A stretch of 30,391 nt of DNA from Vulcanisaeta sp. AZ3 (GCA_000960865.2 JZWU02000021.1:1-30391), one strand, 5' to 3'; positions 1 to 9,041 are shown, counted from the stretch's first letter. Translations and numbers: made by a program. The notes: a model not told the origin generated them from the letters alone.

Positions 1-615
1 AAGTGGTTTGGTGAGAGTGAGAGGGCGATTAGAGAGATATTCAAGAAGGCAAGAATGGCAGCACCATGCGTAGTATTCTTCGACGAAATAGACGCACTAG
101 CACCAGCAAGAGGCTTAAGGGTTGATAGTGGGGCTACGGACAGGGTTGTCAACCAACTATTGGCTGAGATGGATGGAATCGCACCTTTAAAGAACGTAGT
201 TGTTATAGCAGCCACAAACAGACCAGACATAATGGATCCAGCCCTACTTAGGCCTGGCAGATTCGACAGAATAGTCTACGTACCACCACCAAACCAAAAA
301 GCAAGATACGAAATACTAAAGGTTCATGTGAGGAGTTTGAAGTTATCTAATGAGGTTAAAGATGGTGATTATAAGTATTTATGGGATTTAGCTCGTAGGA
401 CTGAGGGTTATACAGGGGCTGACTTAGCGGCATTGGCTAGGGAGGCTGCAATGTTAGCCCTAAGGGAGACAATCAACACTAGGCAGATCAAGCCCGTCGG
501 TATTGAACATTTTGAAGAAGCATTAAGAGCGGTATCCCCATCCCTCTCTAGACAGGACATAGTTAGATTTGAGGAAATTGCGAGAAACCTAAGGAGGGCC
601 TTAAGAGGTATGTGA
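1..615 (+). CDS. cdc48: CDC48/VCP-family AAA+ ATPase, C-terminal part of second AAA module (5' end outside window)
   Basis: Frame open from base 1 ([32 protein letters not shown]); Walker [49 protein letters not shown]. Confidence 0.95.
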   Translation, partial: KWFGESERAIREIFKKARMAAPCVVFFDEIDALAPARGLRVDSGATDRVVNQLLAEMDGIAPLKNVVVIAATNRPDIMDPALLRPGRFDRIVYVPPPNQKARYEILKVHVRSLKLSNEVKDGDYKYLWDLARRTEGYTGADLAALAREAAMLALRETINTRQIKPVGIEHFEEALRAVSPSLSRQDIVRFEEIARNLRRALRGM

Positions 616-1311
616 TTTCTCATACTCAATTCTCTTCTTTATGAAAATATCAACATCGTAGATGGGCCTGGCGGGTACGCCGGCGACTACCTTTCCAGAA
701 GGCACGTTCCTAGTCACCACTGAGCCGGCTGCAATTACTGCATTTTCGCCAATCTCGATGCCTGCGATTAATGTGGAGTTGGCGCCTATGACGGCGCCTC
801 TTCTTATTCTGACGCCGTCGAGTCTCTTGGATGGTGGGTATTTATCGTTAGTTATTACTACATTGGGTCCTAGGAATACGTTATCCTCTATTATTGTTCC
901 TCTTGGTATGTAAACCATGCTTTGAATACTAACGTTGTTACCAATTATGGTATCACCATCAATCACTACGCCCGTACCAACCCTAGTACCATTGCCAATC
1001 TTTGTGTTCTCCCTGACTAAGACATTATGCCCAAACTCTACGTTATCGCCAATCTCGTCTTTCTCATAAATTGTGACATTGCTCCTAATTATGCATTCCT
1101 TACCTATCATAGAGCCTTCGCTTAACTCGTCCATTAACCTTTCTACGTTTGGGTTTCCCTTAGTTCTCAAGAGCTTTGATCTAATGGGGTGGCCTATGAT
1201 AACGAAGGGTTCTACTATGGTGTTTTCATCAATCATTGAAGGACCTAGAATCATCACGTCATCATTGATGCTTTTACTCCTTACTCTGGCCTTGGGTGAT
1301 ATAAACTTCAT
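601..1311 (-). CDS. Hexapeptide-repeat (left-handed beta-helix) acyltransferase, WbpD/GlmU/DapH-like
   Basis: Repeated IGxN hexapeptides, [40 protein letters not shown]; overlaps cdc48 3' end by 15 nt. Confidence 0.88.
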   Translation of the reverse strand: MKFISPKARVRSKSINDDVMILGPSMIDENTIVEPFVIIGHPIRSKLLRTKGNPNVERLMDELSEGSMIGKECIIRSNVTIYEKDEIGDNVEFGHNVLVRENTKIGNGTRVGTGVVIDGDTIIGNNVSIQSMVYIPRGTIIEDNVFLGPNVVITNDKYPPSKRLDGVRIRRGAVIGANSTLIAGIEIGENAVIAAGSVVTRNVPSGKVVAGVPARPIYDVDIFIKKRIEYEKSHTS

Positions 1312-1329
1312 TGATGGTTAATCATGCAA

Positions 1330-1339
1330 TAAATATTTA
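1330..1339. promoter_or_regulatory. Palindromic TATA-like element TAAATATTTA in a 45-bp divergent spacer (probable bidirectional promoter)
   Basis: Self-complementary 10-mer about 18 nt from the starts at 1311(-) and 1357(+). Confidence 0.45.
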
Positions 1340-1356
1340 AATGATTCCTATATGTA

Positions 1357-1944
1357 ATGTTAATGGCTTACTACCCGCCGTCTCCATCACCACCACGTGA
1401 GGACCCGATAGTTAGGATCATTAGAGAGCTCATTAACTTAAGCAACAAGGTTGATCAGTTATCTAGGGATTTAGCTAATGTGAGTTCTGGAGTTAATGGG
1501 CTTGAGTCTAGGATTTCTAATATTGAAAAGGCAGTTTCCGAAGTTATTAAGGCACAGAACTTAATCTCAGGAGCAACGCCACAGAGCATGGAGGAACTTA
1601 CAAGGACACTATCTAACACATTAAGTGCATTGACCAGGATTGAAGCCTCATTAATAACCTATAAGGACTCCATAGCTTCACTGAATAATAAGATTGAGGA
1701 TTCTGTGAACCTATTAGCCAAAGTTTCCACGGACATTAAGGAATACAAGACACTTGATATTAATAGATCCGTTGAACTCAATAATCAATTAGCCAATGTT
1801 GCCACAAGACTTAATGAAATTCAGAAGTTAATTGAAGAGGAGAGCATGGCCTTGATCAGCGAGTATCGTAGGAATTCCGAGATCATGGAGGGACTTAAAT
1901 CAATAATCCTGGATTTATTAGATAGGGGTTCTATTAAATCGTAG
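1357..1944 (+). CDS. Uncharacterised S/N/L-rich alpha-helical coiled-coil protein with Pro-rich N-terminus (start 1357 or 1363)
   Basis: 195-aa ORF with heptad-spaced I/L/V along its length; N-terminal YYPPSPSPPRED; no enzyme motif or TM segment. Confidence 0.8.
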   Translation: MLMAYYPPSPSPPREDPIVRIIRELINLSNKVDQLSRDLANVSSGVNGLESRISNIEKAVSEVIKAQNLISGATPQSMEELTRTLSNTLSALTRIEASLITYKDSIASLNNKIEDSVNLLAKVSTDIKEYKTLDINRSVELNNQLANVATRLNEIQKLIEEESMALISEYRRNSEIMEGLKSIILDLLDRGSIKS

Positions 1945-2026
1945 GGTCTACGTTTTGAGCTTTCAATTTCACATAAAATAATAAAAACAAAATATATTAA
2001 GGTCTTAAGTAATTAATACAGCATCA

Positions 2027-3484
2027 ATGTTTAGAGGCAAGGAGAAGGAGGATATTTACCAGAGAATTAATGAAATAAGTAACTTACTCCAACTGCTCCA
2101 ACAAAGCATCCAATCACTAATGAATAACACAAATCAAATACAAAGTAGTATCAAGACCATATCATTAAGCCTCGACAGAAGTGACAAAACAGTCCAGGAT
2201 GCAATAAGGGTAATTAACTCATCAACTGCAGATATGGCAAATAAAATTGCCCAAATTAATACTATAATTAATCAATTCGATGAAACTAGTAAAAAGCTCA
2301 TGGATGTTTTATTTAATACGCTGGACAAAGTTAATGATTTACTAAATAAGCTTCAAGATCTATCGGGCAATATACAACAAAGCCTCTCGAGTACGTCATC
2401 AATTCTTGAGTCCGTTAATAACAACGTTAAGGAGCTCAATACGAATGTCGAAAGCGGTGTTGATAAAGCCTCAAGCTTAATCTCCGAAATCTCAAAAGCC
2501 AGTAACTTACTAACTGAGTTAAATAGGATGTACAATGAGGTTTTAGAAAAGGAGAAGGATCTAGAGAATAAGCTTCTTGATTTAAGCAGAAGGGAAGGCG
2601 ATGTACTGGCTAGAGAGAAAAGTATCGAAGAGATTAAGCAGAAGGTAGAGAGCGATAGGAAAGCCCTTGAGGAGGAAAAAGCAAGGCTTGCTGAAATGAC
2701 TAATGTCATGAAAGCCCTTACATCATTATCGAATCAATTAACGATAAGACTTAATGAATTAGAGAATAGAGAGAAAGAATTGAATGATAGGGAGAAAGCC
2801 CTTAGTGAGCGTGAGGCTAAGCTTAGGGATTGGGAGCTTGAGTTAAAGTCCCGTGAGCAGAGGCTTGAGATGGAGGCCGTGAGGATCACTACGGAGACCG
2901 CTAGGCTTAAGGAGTTAGAGAAGAAAGAGCAGGAGATTAAGGAGAGACTTGAGCAATTAGCCCAGAGGGAGGCTGAGCTTAAGGATTTTGAGAAGAAATT
3001 GAATGAAAGGCAGGAAAGCCTTAATAAATTAGAGGCCGAGCTAAAGGATAGAGAGAGTAAATTAAGCTCTCTCGAGAACATGCTTAAGGAGAGAGAGGAT
3101 CTGTTGAGAAGGCTTGATGAGGAGATTAGCAAGAGGAGGAGGGAGCTTGTGGAGAAACTAGAGCCATTTCTCACAAAATTACTTGAGGAGGAAAAAAGGC
3201 TCAATGATTGGGAGAAGAGGTTACTTGATAAGGAGAGGGAGCTTATTAATTATCAACGTGCATTAACAATTAGAGAGAGCACACTAATAGATCTTAGAGA
3301 TAAACTGAGTAAAGAGAAGGAGGATCTAGAGAATAAGATGAGAGAGATGAGTAAGATAGAAAATGAATACCAGGAACTACGTAAGAAATACGAACAATTA
3401 CTTAAGGAGAAAGAGGAGTTAATGAAAATTATTGAGAGCAAAGATAAGGAGCTGAATCAATTAAAATCCATGATTAAGAGGTGA
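2027..3484 (+). CDS. Long uncharacterised coiled-coil protein (S/N-rich N-terminal third, E/K/R-rich heptad C-terminal two-thirds); no ATPase motifs
   Basis: 485 aa; period-7 repeats such as LENREKELNDREKALSEREAKLRDWELELKSREQRL; no Walker A/B; AT-rich TATA-like sequence at about 1991-2000. Confidence 0.88.
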   Translation: MFRGKEKEDIYQRINEISNLLQLLQQSIQSLMNNTNQIQSSIKTISLSLDRSDKTVQDAIRVINSSTADMANKIAQINTIINQFDETSKKLMDVLFNTLDKVNDLLNKLQDLSGNIQQSLSSTSSILESVNNNVKELNTNVESGVDKASSLISEISKASNLLTELNRMYNEVLEKEKDLENKLLDLSRREGDVLAREKSIEEIKQKVESDRKALEEEKARLAEMTNVMKALTSLSNQLTIRLNELENREKELNDREKALSEREAKLRDWELELKSREQRLEMEAVRITTETARLKELEKKEQEIKERLEQLAQREAELKDFEKKLNERQESLNKLEAELKDRESKLSSLENMLKEREDLLRRLDEEISKRRRELVEKLEPFLTKLLEEEKRLNDWEKRLLDKERELINYQRALTIRESTLIDLRDKLSKEKEDLENKMREMSKIENEYQELRKKYEQLLKEKEELMKIIESKDKELNQLKSMIKR

Positions 3485-3486
3485 TT

Positions 3487-3804
3487 TTAAAGAACAACGA
3501 GAAGCACGAATGAGAACACCAGGATAATATTTAGGATATTCAACCCCAAGGCAAAAAAGGCAAGTATCCTGTTCAACCTTCCAATAATCAATTCCCTATC
3601 AGTATATGCCGTACTTACATCATACCAACTCTGCTTTATTGAGAGGAATGACGTGAAGAAGCTTATGATAGTCAATACTAGAACGAAAATATTAAACGTA
3701 AAATTACTCTTACTTGATAAATAAGTACCCGCTAATGAGGATAATAGTATCGCATATGTGAACACTGCAAGAACTATTGCAGCAACTAGTAATTTACTCG
3801 ACAT
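3487..3804 (-). CDS. Small membrane protein, about 3 predicted TM helices
   Basis: 105 aa with three long hydrophobic stretches; starts 4 nt after the lysS stop, so likely co-transcribed. Confidence 0.75.
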   Translation of the reverse strand: MSSKLLVAAIVLAVFTYAILLSSLAGTYLSSKSNFTFNIFVLVLTIISFFTSFLSIKQSWYDVSTAYTDRELIIGRLNRILAFFALGLNILNIILVFSFVLLVVL

Positions 3805-3808
3805 GGAA

Positions 3809-5461
3809 TCACCCCAATGCTTCTCTCAACCTCTTTATCACGAATTCTCTACCCAACATTGCTAGGTAAGGCGCAATCCTAGGGCCATTGGGCTTACCGA
3901 AAAATACTAAGTAAACGCCCTTGAAAAATGTTCTCTCTGTATTCCTATCCTCTCTAGGCACTTTCTTCATTGCCTCCTTAATATTATCCTCACTCCAAAC
4001 ATCAAGACTCTCAAGTTCCTTAAGCAATACGGATAATTTAACTCTCTGGGTATCAGTTAATGATGTCCTAATGGAGTTAGGTAACTCCTCAAGAACCCTA
4101 ATCCTATATACCTCAGGTGCAAATTTACTAACCCAATTACGAGCCTCAATAAGCCTCAACTTAATCCTACTAAGTGATAGGTCATCAAGATCTCCAGTAA
4201 GGATCTTCGTATTTCTCAACCTCTTAATAGCTCTCTCCACGAGCTCATCCACACTCAACGATTGCGGTAATGTCTGTATCAAGGCCACTGCATGCAGATA
4301 GGGTAGTTGAAACGGCATCTCTCTAGGCAACGGCTTTAATTGCGCGTACTCAAAGGACCTGAGGATTAGGCCCAGGTAATCCTTCTCCCTAGGGCTTGGC
4401 TCATCAACACCGTAATAGAGGCGTTCAGCCCTGTCATACATATCCACATATTGATAAATAGAGTCTAGACCGAAGGTCAGTCTCTTAGTTGGTTCATGGA
4501 ATATGTACATGTACCTAAGAACTTCGGGTTCGGCAACCTCAACCCAAATCTTCGGTGTGAAACCTATGAAATCACTACTCCCCATATCACCAACATCCTT
4601 ACCATTAACCACATAACCAACCCACTCATACCAAATACCCAATGGTGGGTTAATGCCATACACAGACCTTGCAATTTCAAGAGCTGAATCCCTCGAGCCA
4701 CCTGGCATCGCATGATCCTTACCGTAAGGCTCGAAATCCACTTGAAGCGTATACCAAATACCAACCCACTCAACTCTCCAGGGCAGCTTGCCATCAGTAA
4801 GTTTAGCCTTACCAACATGACCACAATATGTACACCTATACTCAACTTCATATTTATCCAAGTCAAGTTTCAGCACCTCAGCCGTCCCAATTTTCCCACA
4901 ATTCTCGCATACTGGTTCGAAGGGCACCCAATCCTTTGGATATGGGTTCCTACCCCTATACTTATTAATGACCTCTATTAACCTATCTCTATTCTTCATG
5001 GTCATGACTATGAAATCCCTCATTCTAGGATGCTCTCTATACATCTCACCCGTAGTCACAACCTCCACATTCTTAGCGAAATAATCGAGATAATCGCCAA
5101 AATCTCTCCAATAATGCTCAACCCAGGACTTATGGCAACCCTTAGGATCCGGAACACGCTCAAGAGGCCACTCAATGTACCTCCTACCAACCTCCTGGTT
5201 TAGGAACTGCTCAAGCTGTTTATCCTTACCCTTCCAAGGATCAACCGTGTACAGTGTTAGGACCTGCCTAACCCTGAGGCCAAAATCACGAAGCCTCTCA
5301 GCAATCACGCTATTAAGCACAATCTCACCTCTAAGCCTGCCAATGTGCTGAAGTCCAGAGACACTTAATCCACCATTCAATACACATTCCTCCTTACCTT
5401 CACCGCGACACCTCTCAAGAACCTGCCCTGCAATCCTATCAATCCAATGCGTATAACTCAT
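3809..5461 (-). CDS. lysS: Class I lysyl-tRNA synthetase
   Basis: SVSGLQHIGRLRGE (HIGH-like), CENCG and CTYCG zinc motifs, GKLPWRVEW, FEPYGKDH, MGSS (KMSKS equivalent), GPRI; start moved to ATG at 5461. Confidence 0.96.
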   Translation of the reverse strand: MSYTHWIDRIAGQVLERCRGEGKEECVLNGGLSVSGLQHIGRLRGEIVLNSVIAERLRDFGLRVRQVLTLYTVDPWKGKDKQLEQFLNQEVGRRYIEWPLERVPDPKGCHKSWVEHYWRDFGDYLDYFAKNVEVVTTGEMYREHPRMRDFIVMTMKNRDRLIEVINKYRGRNPYPKDWVPFEPVCENCGKIGTAEVLKLDLDKYEVEYRCTYCGHVGKAKLTDGKLPWRVEWVGIWYTLQVDFEPYGKDHAMPGGSRDSALEIARSVYGINPPLGIWYEWVGYVVNGKDVGDMGSSDFIGFTPKIWVEVAEPEVLRYMYIFHEPTKRLTFGLDSIYQYVDMYDRAERLYYGVDEPSPREKDYLGLILRSFEYAQLKPLPREMPFQLPYLHAVALIQTLPQSLSVDELVERAIKRLRNTKILTGDLDDLSLSRIKLRLIEARNWVSKFAPEVYRIRVLEELPNSIRTSLTDTQRVKLSVLLKELESLDVWSEDNIKEAMKKVPREDRNTERTFFKGVYLVFFGKPNGPRIAPYLAMLGREFVIKRLREALG

Positions 5462-5508
5462 TGCATTATGAGTAAACAAGAAGCTAAATTTATAGGTTAT
5501 CCTAAACC

Positions 5509-5793
5509 CTAACCACCCTCTGCAGGAGGTAAGAAAACCACCTCCTCATCATCAGACAACTCAGTATCTAAACCTCTCAAGAATTCTATCGACTTACCAT
5601 TAATCAAGACCACATACTCACCCCTTAACCTACCATCACCATCAAGAATAGCTTCGCTAAACTTAGGATTAAATGTATGAGACACTAGGTTTATTAAATC
5701 ACGAATGGTCAAGCCTTTAGGCACCTCTAATTCAACCCTAAACGTACCAATTAATTCATAAAGATCACCAAAGAACTTAACCCTAATCCTCAC
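5509..5793 (-). CDS. MoaD/ThiS/Urm1-like ubiquitin-fold protein (SAMP)
   Basis: IRVKFFG, VLING, C-terminal LPPAEGG diglycine; likely GTG start at 5793 with TTTATAAG about 23 nt upstream. Confidence 0.9.
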   Translation of the reverse strand: MRIRVKFFGDLYELIGTFRVELEVPKGLTIRDLINLVSHTFNPKFSEAILDGDGRLRGEYVVLINGKSIEFLRGLDTELSDDEEVVFLPPAEGG

Positions 5794-5854
5794 AAACCAG
5801 GCAGGATAAACACCACTTATAAACATTAACTCATCAAATTCTCCAACCTAATGA

Positions 5855-5929
5855 TGCCCCGGCCGGGATTTGAACCCGGGTCACGGGCTCGAAAGGCCCA
5901 CATACTTGACCGGGCTATACTACCGGGGC
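5855..5929 (-). tRNA. tRNA-Glu(TTC), intronless, CCA not encoded
   Basis: Reverse complement folds to a cloverleaf: acceptor GCCCCGG/CCGGGGC, anticodon arm TGGGC-CTTTCGA-GCCCG, T arm CCGGG-TTCAAAT-CCCGG, discriminator A followed by TCA. Confidence 0.96.
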
Positions 5930-6032
5930 CCGTATTGCCTATGGCTAATGGTTTCTTAAGGTTTTCTTTCCAGTCCGGGTTGGCCATCAATTGCCGGATT
6001 AATTATTTTAAGGCTTATACCCCAACGGTAAT

Positions 6033-7451
6033 GTGCCTATTAACATCTATGGAAATGATGGTCTTTACTTCATTAGGTTCTCGGTAAATATCAAACCACG
6101 TAGAGCTGCGTTTGTTGTTGGTAATTTCACAGCATTCATGAAACCCATTGAACTCACTTACTGCGGCGATGATTACTGCGCCTACATCTCTCTACCACCA
6201 GGTAAGTATCTATACAGGTATTTAGTTGATGGTAAAGTAATCCTTGACGAGGGCCCTGTGGAGAACAGCTTCAATGTGCTCAAGCTTGAGGGTCCCTTAC
6301 GTAAGGTCGCCTCGGAGCCCTCAAGGCGTAGATTGTTCAGAGCGATATATGGAATCTTCGTGGATAGGTTTGATTGCAAGCGTTCTGGTGATTCTAGGGA
6401 TAGGCTTGGAGGTGATCTTGAGGGTATTAGACGTAGGCTTAGTTATATTAAGTCCATGGGTTTTGACGCAATATACTTAACACCCATATTTAGGGCTATG
6501 TCGTACCACAGATATGATGTTATTGATTATCTAAACGTCGATGACGACCTAGGCGGTAACAATGCCTTTAAGAGGTTACTGAGGGAAGCACATGAGGTTG
6601 GCATTAGGATAATCCTGGACATGCCAATACATCACACTGGTTCAGAGCACCCAGCATTTAAAGGCGCCCTAGGCGGAGACCCAGAGTACTCTCGTTGGTA
6701 TTACATATATGACGGAGATTATGAGAAATTCATGGATGTTAAGAAAATGCCTAAATTAAACGTAAAGTTTGCCAGTGAATGGATTAAGGGAATCATGCTC
6801 CACTGGTCCCTTGAGGGTGTTGATGCGTTTAGGATAGATGTTGGCGCAGGCATACCACCCTGGTTCCTATGGGAACTGAGGCAATTCCTGAACAAGCCAT
6901 TAATTGCAGAGGTTTGGGGAGACCCCTTCATATATAGGAATGCAGTTGATGGGGTTATGAATTACCAAGTATGGGAGCCATTAATTAAATTCCTAAGTGG
7001 TAACATGACTGGCGAAGAATTCCTACAAGTGCTTAGGAGGCAATTAATAATACTCCCAAGGCAATTCCTTACGAATTCATGGCTATTCATGGATACTCAC
7101 GATACACCAAGAGCAATAACCCTATTTAACAACGATATAGAGAAAGTCAAGGCAGCCCTAACATTTACTTACACATGGATTGGAACACCAATGCTTTACT
7201 ACGGAGATGAAATAGGGCTTGAGGGAGGACCGGATCCGGACAATAGGAGATGCATGGATTGGAGCAAAAGAGATGGTCTTCACGACTTCATAAGAAGACT
7301 TACGAATATACGCATCAAGCCCAAACATGTTAAGGCTAACGCAAACGAGATCATATATTACGATGAGAAATTCAAAGTCAGAATAAGCAATGAGCCAAGA
7401 AAGTATGAAGGAAGCCTAACCGGTGCCTACTTCGCAATAATCTCCTCCTAA
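6033..7451 (+). CDS. Intracellular GH13 neopullulanase/cyclomaltodextrinase-like enzyme with N-terminal CBM48-like domain
   Basis: VVGNF and LPPGKYLYRYLVDG (CBM48-like); GGDLEGI, YLTPIF, SYHRYD, region I DMPIHH, II FRIDV, III AEVW, IV DTHD; YYGDEIG, DPDNRRCM. Confidence 0.92.
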   Translation: MPINIYGNDGLYFIRFSVNIKPRRAAFVVGNFTAFMKPIELTYCGDDYCAYISLPPGKYLYRYLVDGKVILDEGPVENSFNVLKLEGPLRKVASEPSRRRLFRAIYGIFVDRFDCKRSGDSRDRLGGDLEGIRRRLSYIKSMGFDAIYLTPIFRAMSYHRYDVIDYLNVDDDLGGNNAFKRLLREAHEVGIRIILDMPIHHTGSEHPAFKGALGGDPEYSRWYYIYDGDYEKFMDVKKMPKLNVKFASEWIKGIMLHWSLEGVDAFRIDVGAGIPPWFLWELRQFLNKPLIAEVWGDPFIYRNAVDGVMNYQVWEPLIKFLSGNMTGEEFLQVLRRQLIILPRQFLTNSWLFMDTHDTPRAITLFNNDIEKVKAALTFTYTWIGTPMLYYGDEIGLEGGPDPDNRRCMDWSKRDGLHDFIRRLTNIRIKPKHVKANANEIIYYDEKFKVRISNEPRKYEGSLTGAYFAIISS

Positions 7452-7551
7452 GTAGAATACCTTACGCCCTAGCTTCTATTTCATAATTTCCAAAAAGTTC
7501 TTAGATTATTATTATATAGAGTCAATATTATAATGGCGAAAATAAATAACA

Positions 7552-7563
7552 AGCGGATCCGCT
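7552..7563. promoter_or_regulatory. Perfect 12-bp palindrome AGCGGATCCGCT upstream of the ABC operon promoter (candidate operator)
   Basis: GC-rich palindrome in an AT-rich spacer, about 21 nt upstream of TTTTTAAA at 7585-7592. Confidence 0.4.
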
Positions 7564-7616
7564 AAACCTTTTAGACTAGTAAACTTTTTAAATCCACACT
7601 GAATAAAACGAGCACT

Positions 7617-9041
7617 ATGCCGGGTGGTATGAGAATTAAGGGTCTGTCCACCGGTGTAATAATTGGCATAGTGGTTGCAGTAATAGTCATAATAGTTGCT
7701 GTCGTAGCCGTCCTATATCTATACAAGCCAGCCCCGAAGCCCGTTACCGCACCAGGCTTTGTAATACCGATTTCAGATTTCACACCCCAGAATGTATATA
7801 GCCCAAGCTTTGCCCAAACATTCTGTTCTAAAGTTGGCAATGTAACAATAACCGTGTGGGATACATATAGCGAGAGCGAGAATGTAGCATTCAATAAATC
7901 TCTCACATCCTTCGAGCAATTATATCCATGCATACATGTTGAAGTGACCTATGGCGTTGGCTTAGCAACATCTAACTTTATATCAGCTGCCAAGGCGGGA
8001 CAAGCCCCTACTGTCTATAGAGATTCAAGTGATGATGCAGGTAAGTTATTTGCAGCAGGCCTACTCCTTAACTTAAGCGAGTATCTACCACCATCAGTCT
8101 TCGAACAATACAACCCAACTGCAGCCCAAAACTTCTACCTAGACACAGCTAGCGCTCATGGGTATTACGGTCTACCTGACAATGTTAATTACATTGTTAT
8201 GTTCTATAACAAACAATACATAACATCACCACCAAACACCACGAACCAACTCATAAACATGTGCCTTCAAGTGAACTCCACATACCATGTTTGGTGTATT
8301 GCATATGGCATGAGCTCCGAGTGGGGTTATAGATTCGCAGCCTGGTTCTCAGGCTTCGGCGGCAAGATATTTGGTCCCAACAACATGCCCATGCTTAATT
8401 CAAGCGCCATGGTTAACGCCTTAGAGTTCTGGTATAACCTAACGTACAACCTACACATAAATGCCCCAGACATGAACCCAAGCCTAGAGGCTCAATTATT
8501 CACCACAGGTAAAGCCGCAATAATATTTGATGGCCCATGGGACCTAGGCACTTACTTCAAGGCCTTAGGCTGTAACCTAGGTGCAGCTCCATTACCAGTA
8601 ATTAGCCAGACAGGGCTACATGCAACCCCACTAATAGGGAGCACTGGTTGGGTAATAGCATCACCTCAAGCCAGTGGTGCAACTCCGCAGCAGTTAGAGG
8701 CTGCGCTCGTCTTTATACTATACATGACAGGTCCACAAGCCGATCTTAACCTGTGGACTTATGCCCACGATATACCAGCTTACATGGAAGCCTACAATAC
8801 CGCTCTTAACCAGTTGAATGCTAATCAATTAACACCGACATGCCTCAACAGCATAATGGAGGGCATATTTGAACAAGCCCAGTACGGACAGAAGTTCCCC
8901 AACATACCTGCTATGGCTTACTACTGGCCAGCATTCCATCAATACGCCACCGAGTACTACGCGAATAAAATCACGGCTCAATCCGCTGCCCAGGGTATGG
9001 AACAATACATGCTTCAGCAGATATCTCAGTCTGGTGGCTGA
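7617..9041 (+). CDS. malE: Maltose/maltodextrin ABC transporter solute-binding protein (start 7617 or 7629)
   Basis: N-terminal KG-LS followed by a hydrophobic anchor; YGLP, MFYNK, GKAAIIFDGPWD, PNIPAMAYYW (MalE-like); upstream of two permeases. Confidence 0.88.
   Translation: MPGGMRIKGLSTGVIIGIVVAVIVIIVAVVAVLYLYKPAPKPVTAPGFVIPISDFTPQNVYSPSFAQTFCSKVGNVTITVWDTYSESENVAFNKSLTSFEQLYPCIHVEVTYGVGLATSNFISAAKAGQAPTVYRDSSDDAGKLFAAGLLLNLSEYLPPSVFEQYNPTAAQNFYLDTASAHGYYGLPDNVNYIVMFYNKQYITSPPNTTNQLINMCLQVNSTYHVWCIAYGMSSEWGYRFAAWFSGFGGKIFGPNNMPMLNSSAMVNALEFWYNLTYNLHINAPDMNPSLEAQLFTTGKAAIIFDGPWDLGTYFKALGCNLGAAPLPVISQTGLHATPLIGSTGWVIASPQASGATPQQLEAALVFILYMTGPQADLNLWTYAHDIPAYMEAYNTALNQLNANQLTPTCLNSIMEGIFEQAQYGQKFPNIPAMAYYWPAFHQYATEYYANKITAQSAAQGMEQYMLQQISQSGG

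Noticed and set aside
2353-3441. Ser/Leu-rich minus-strand ORFs
   Set aside because: Shadow frames of the E/K/R-rich coiled-coil gene.
2027-3484. SMC/Rad50 chromosome-segregation ATPase call
   Set aside because: No Walker A/B, signature motif, hinge or zinc hook.
5851-6087. 78-aa ORF MMPRPGFEPGSR
   Set aside because: Antisense translation of the tRNA-Glu gene; a classic spurious ORF.
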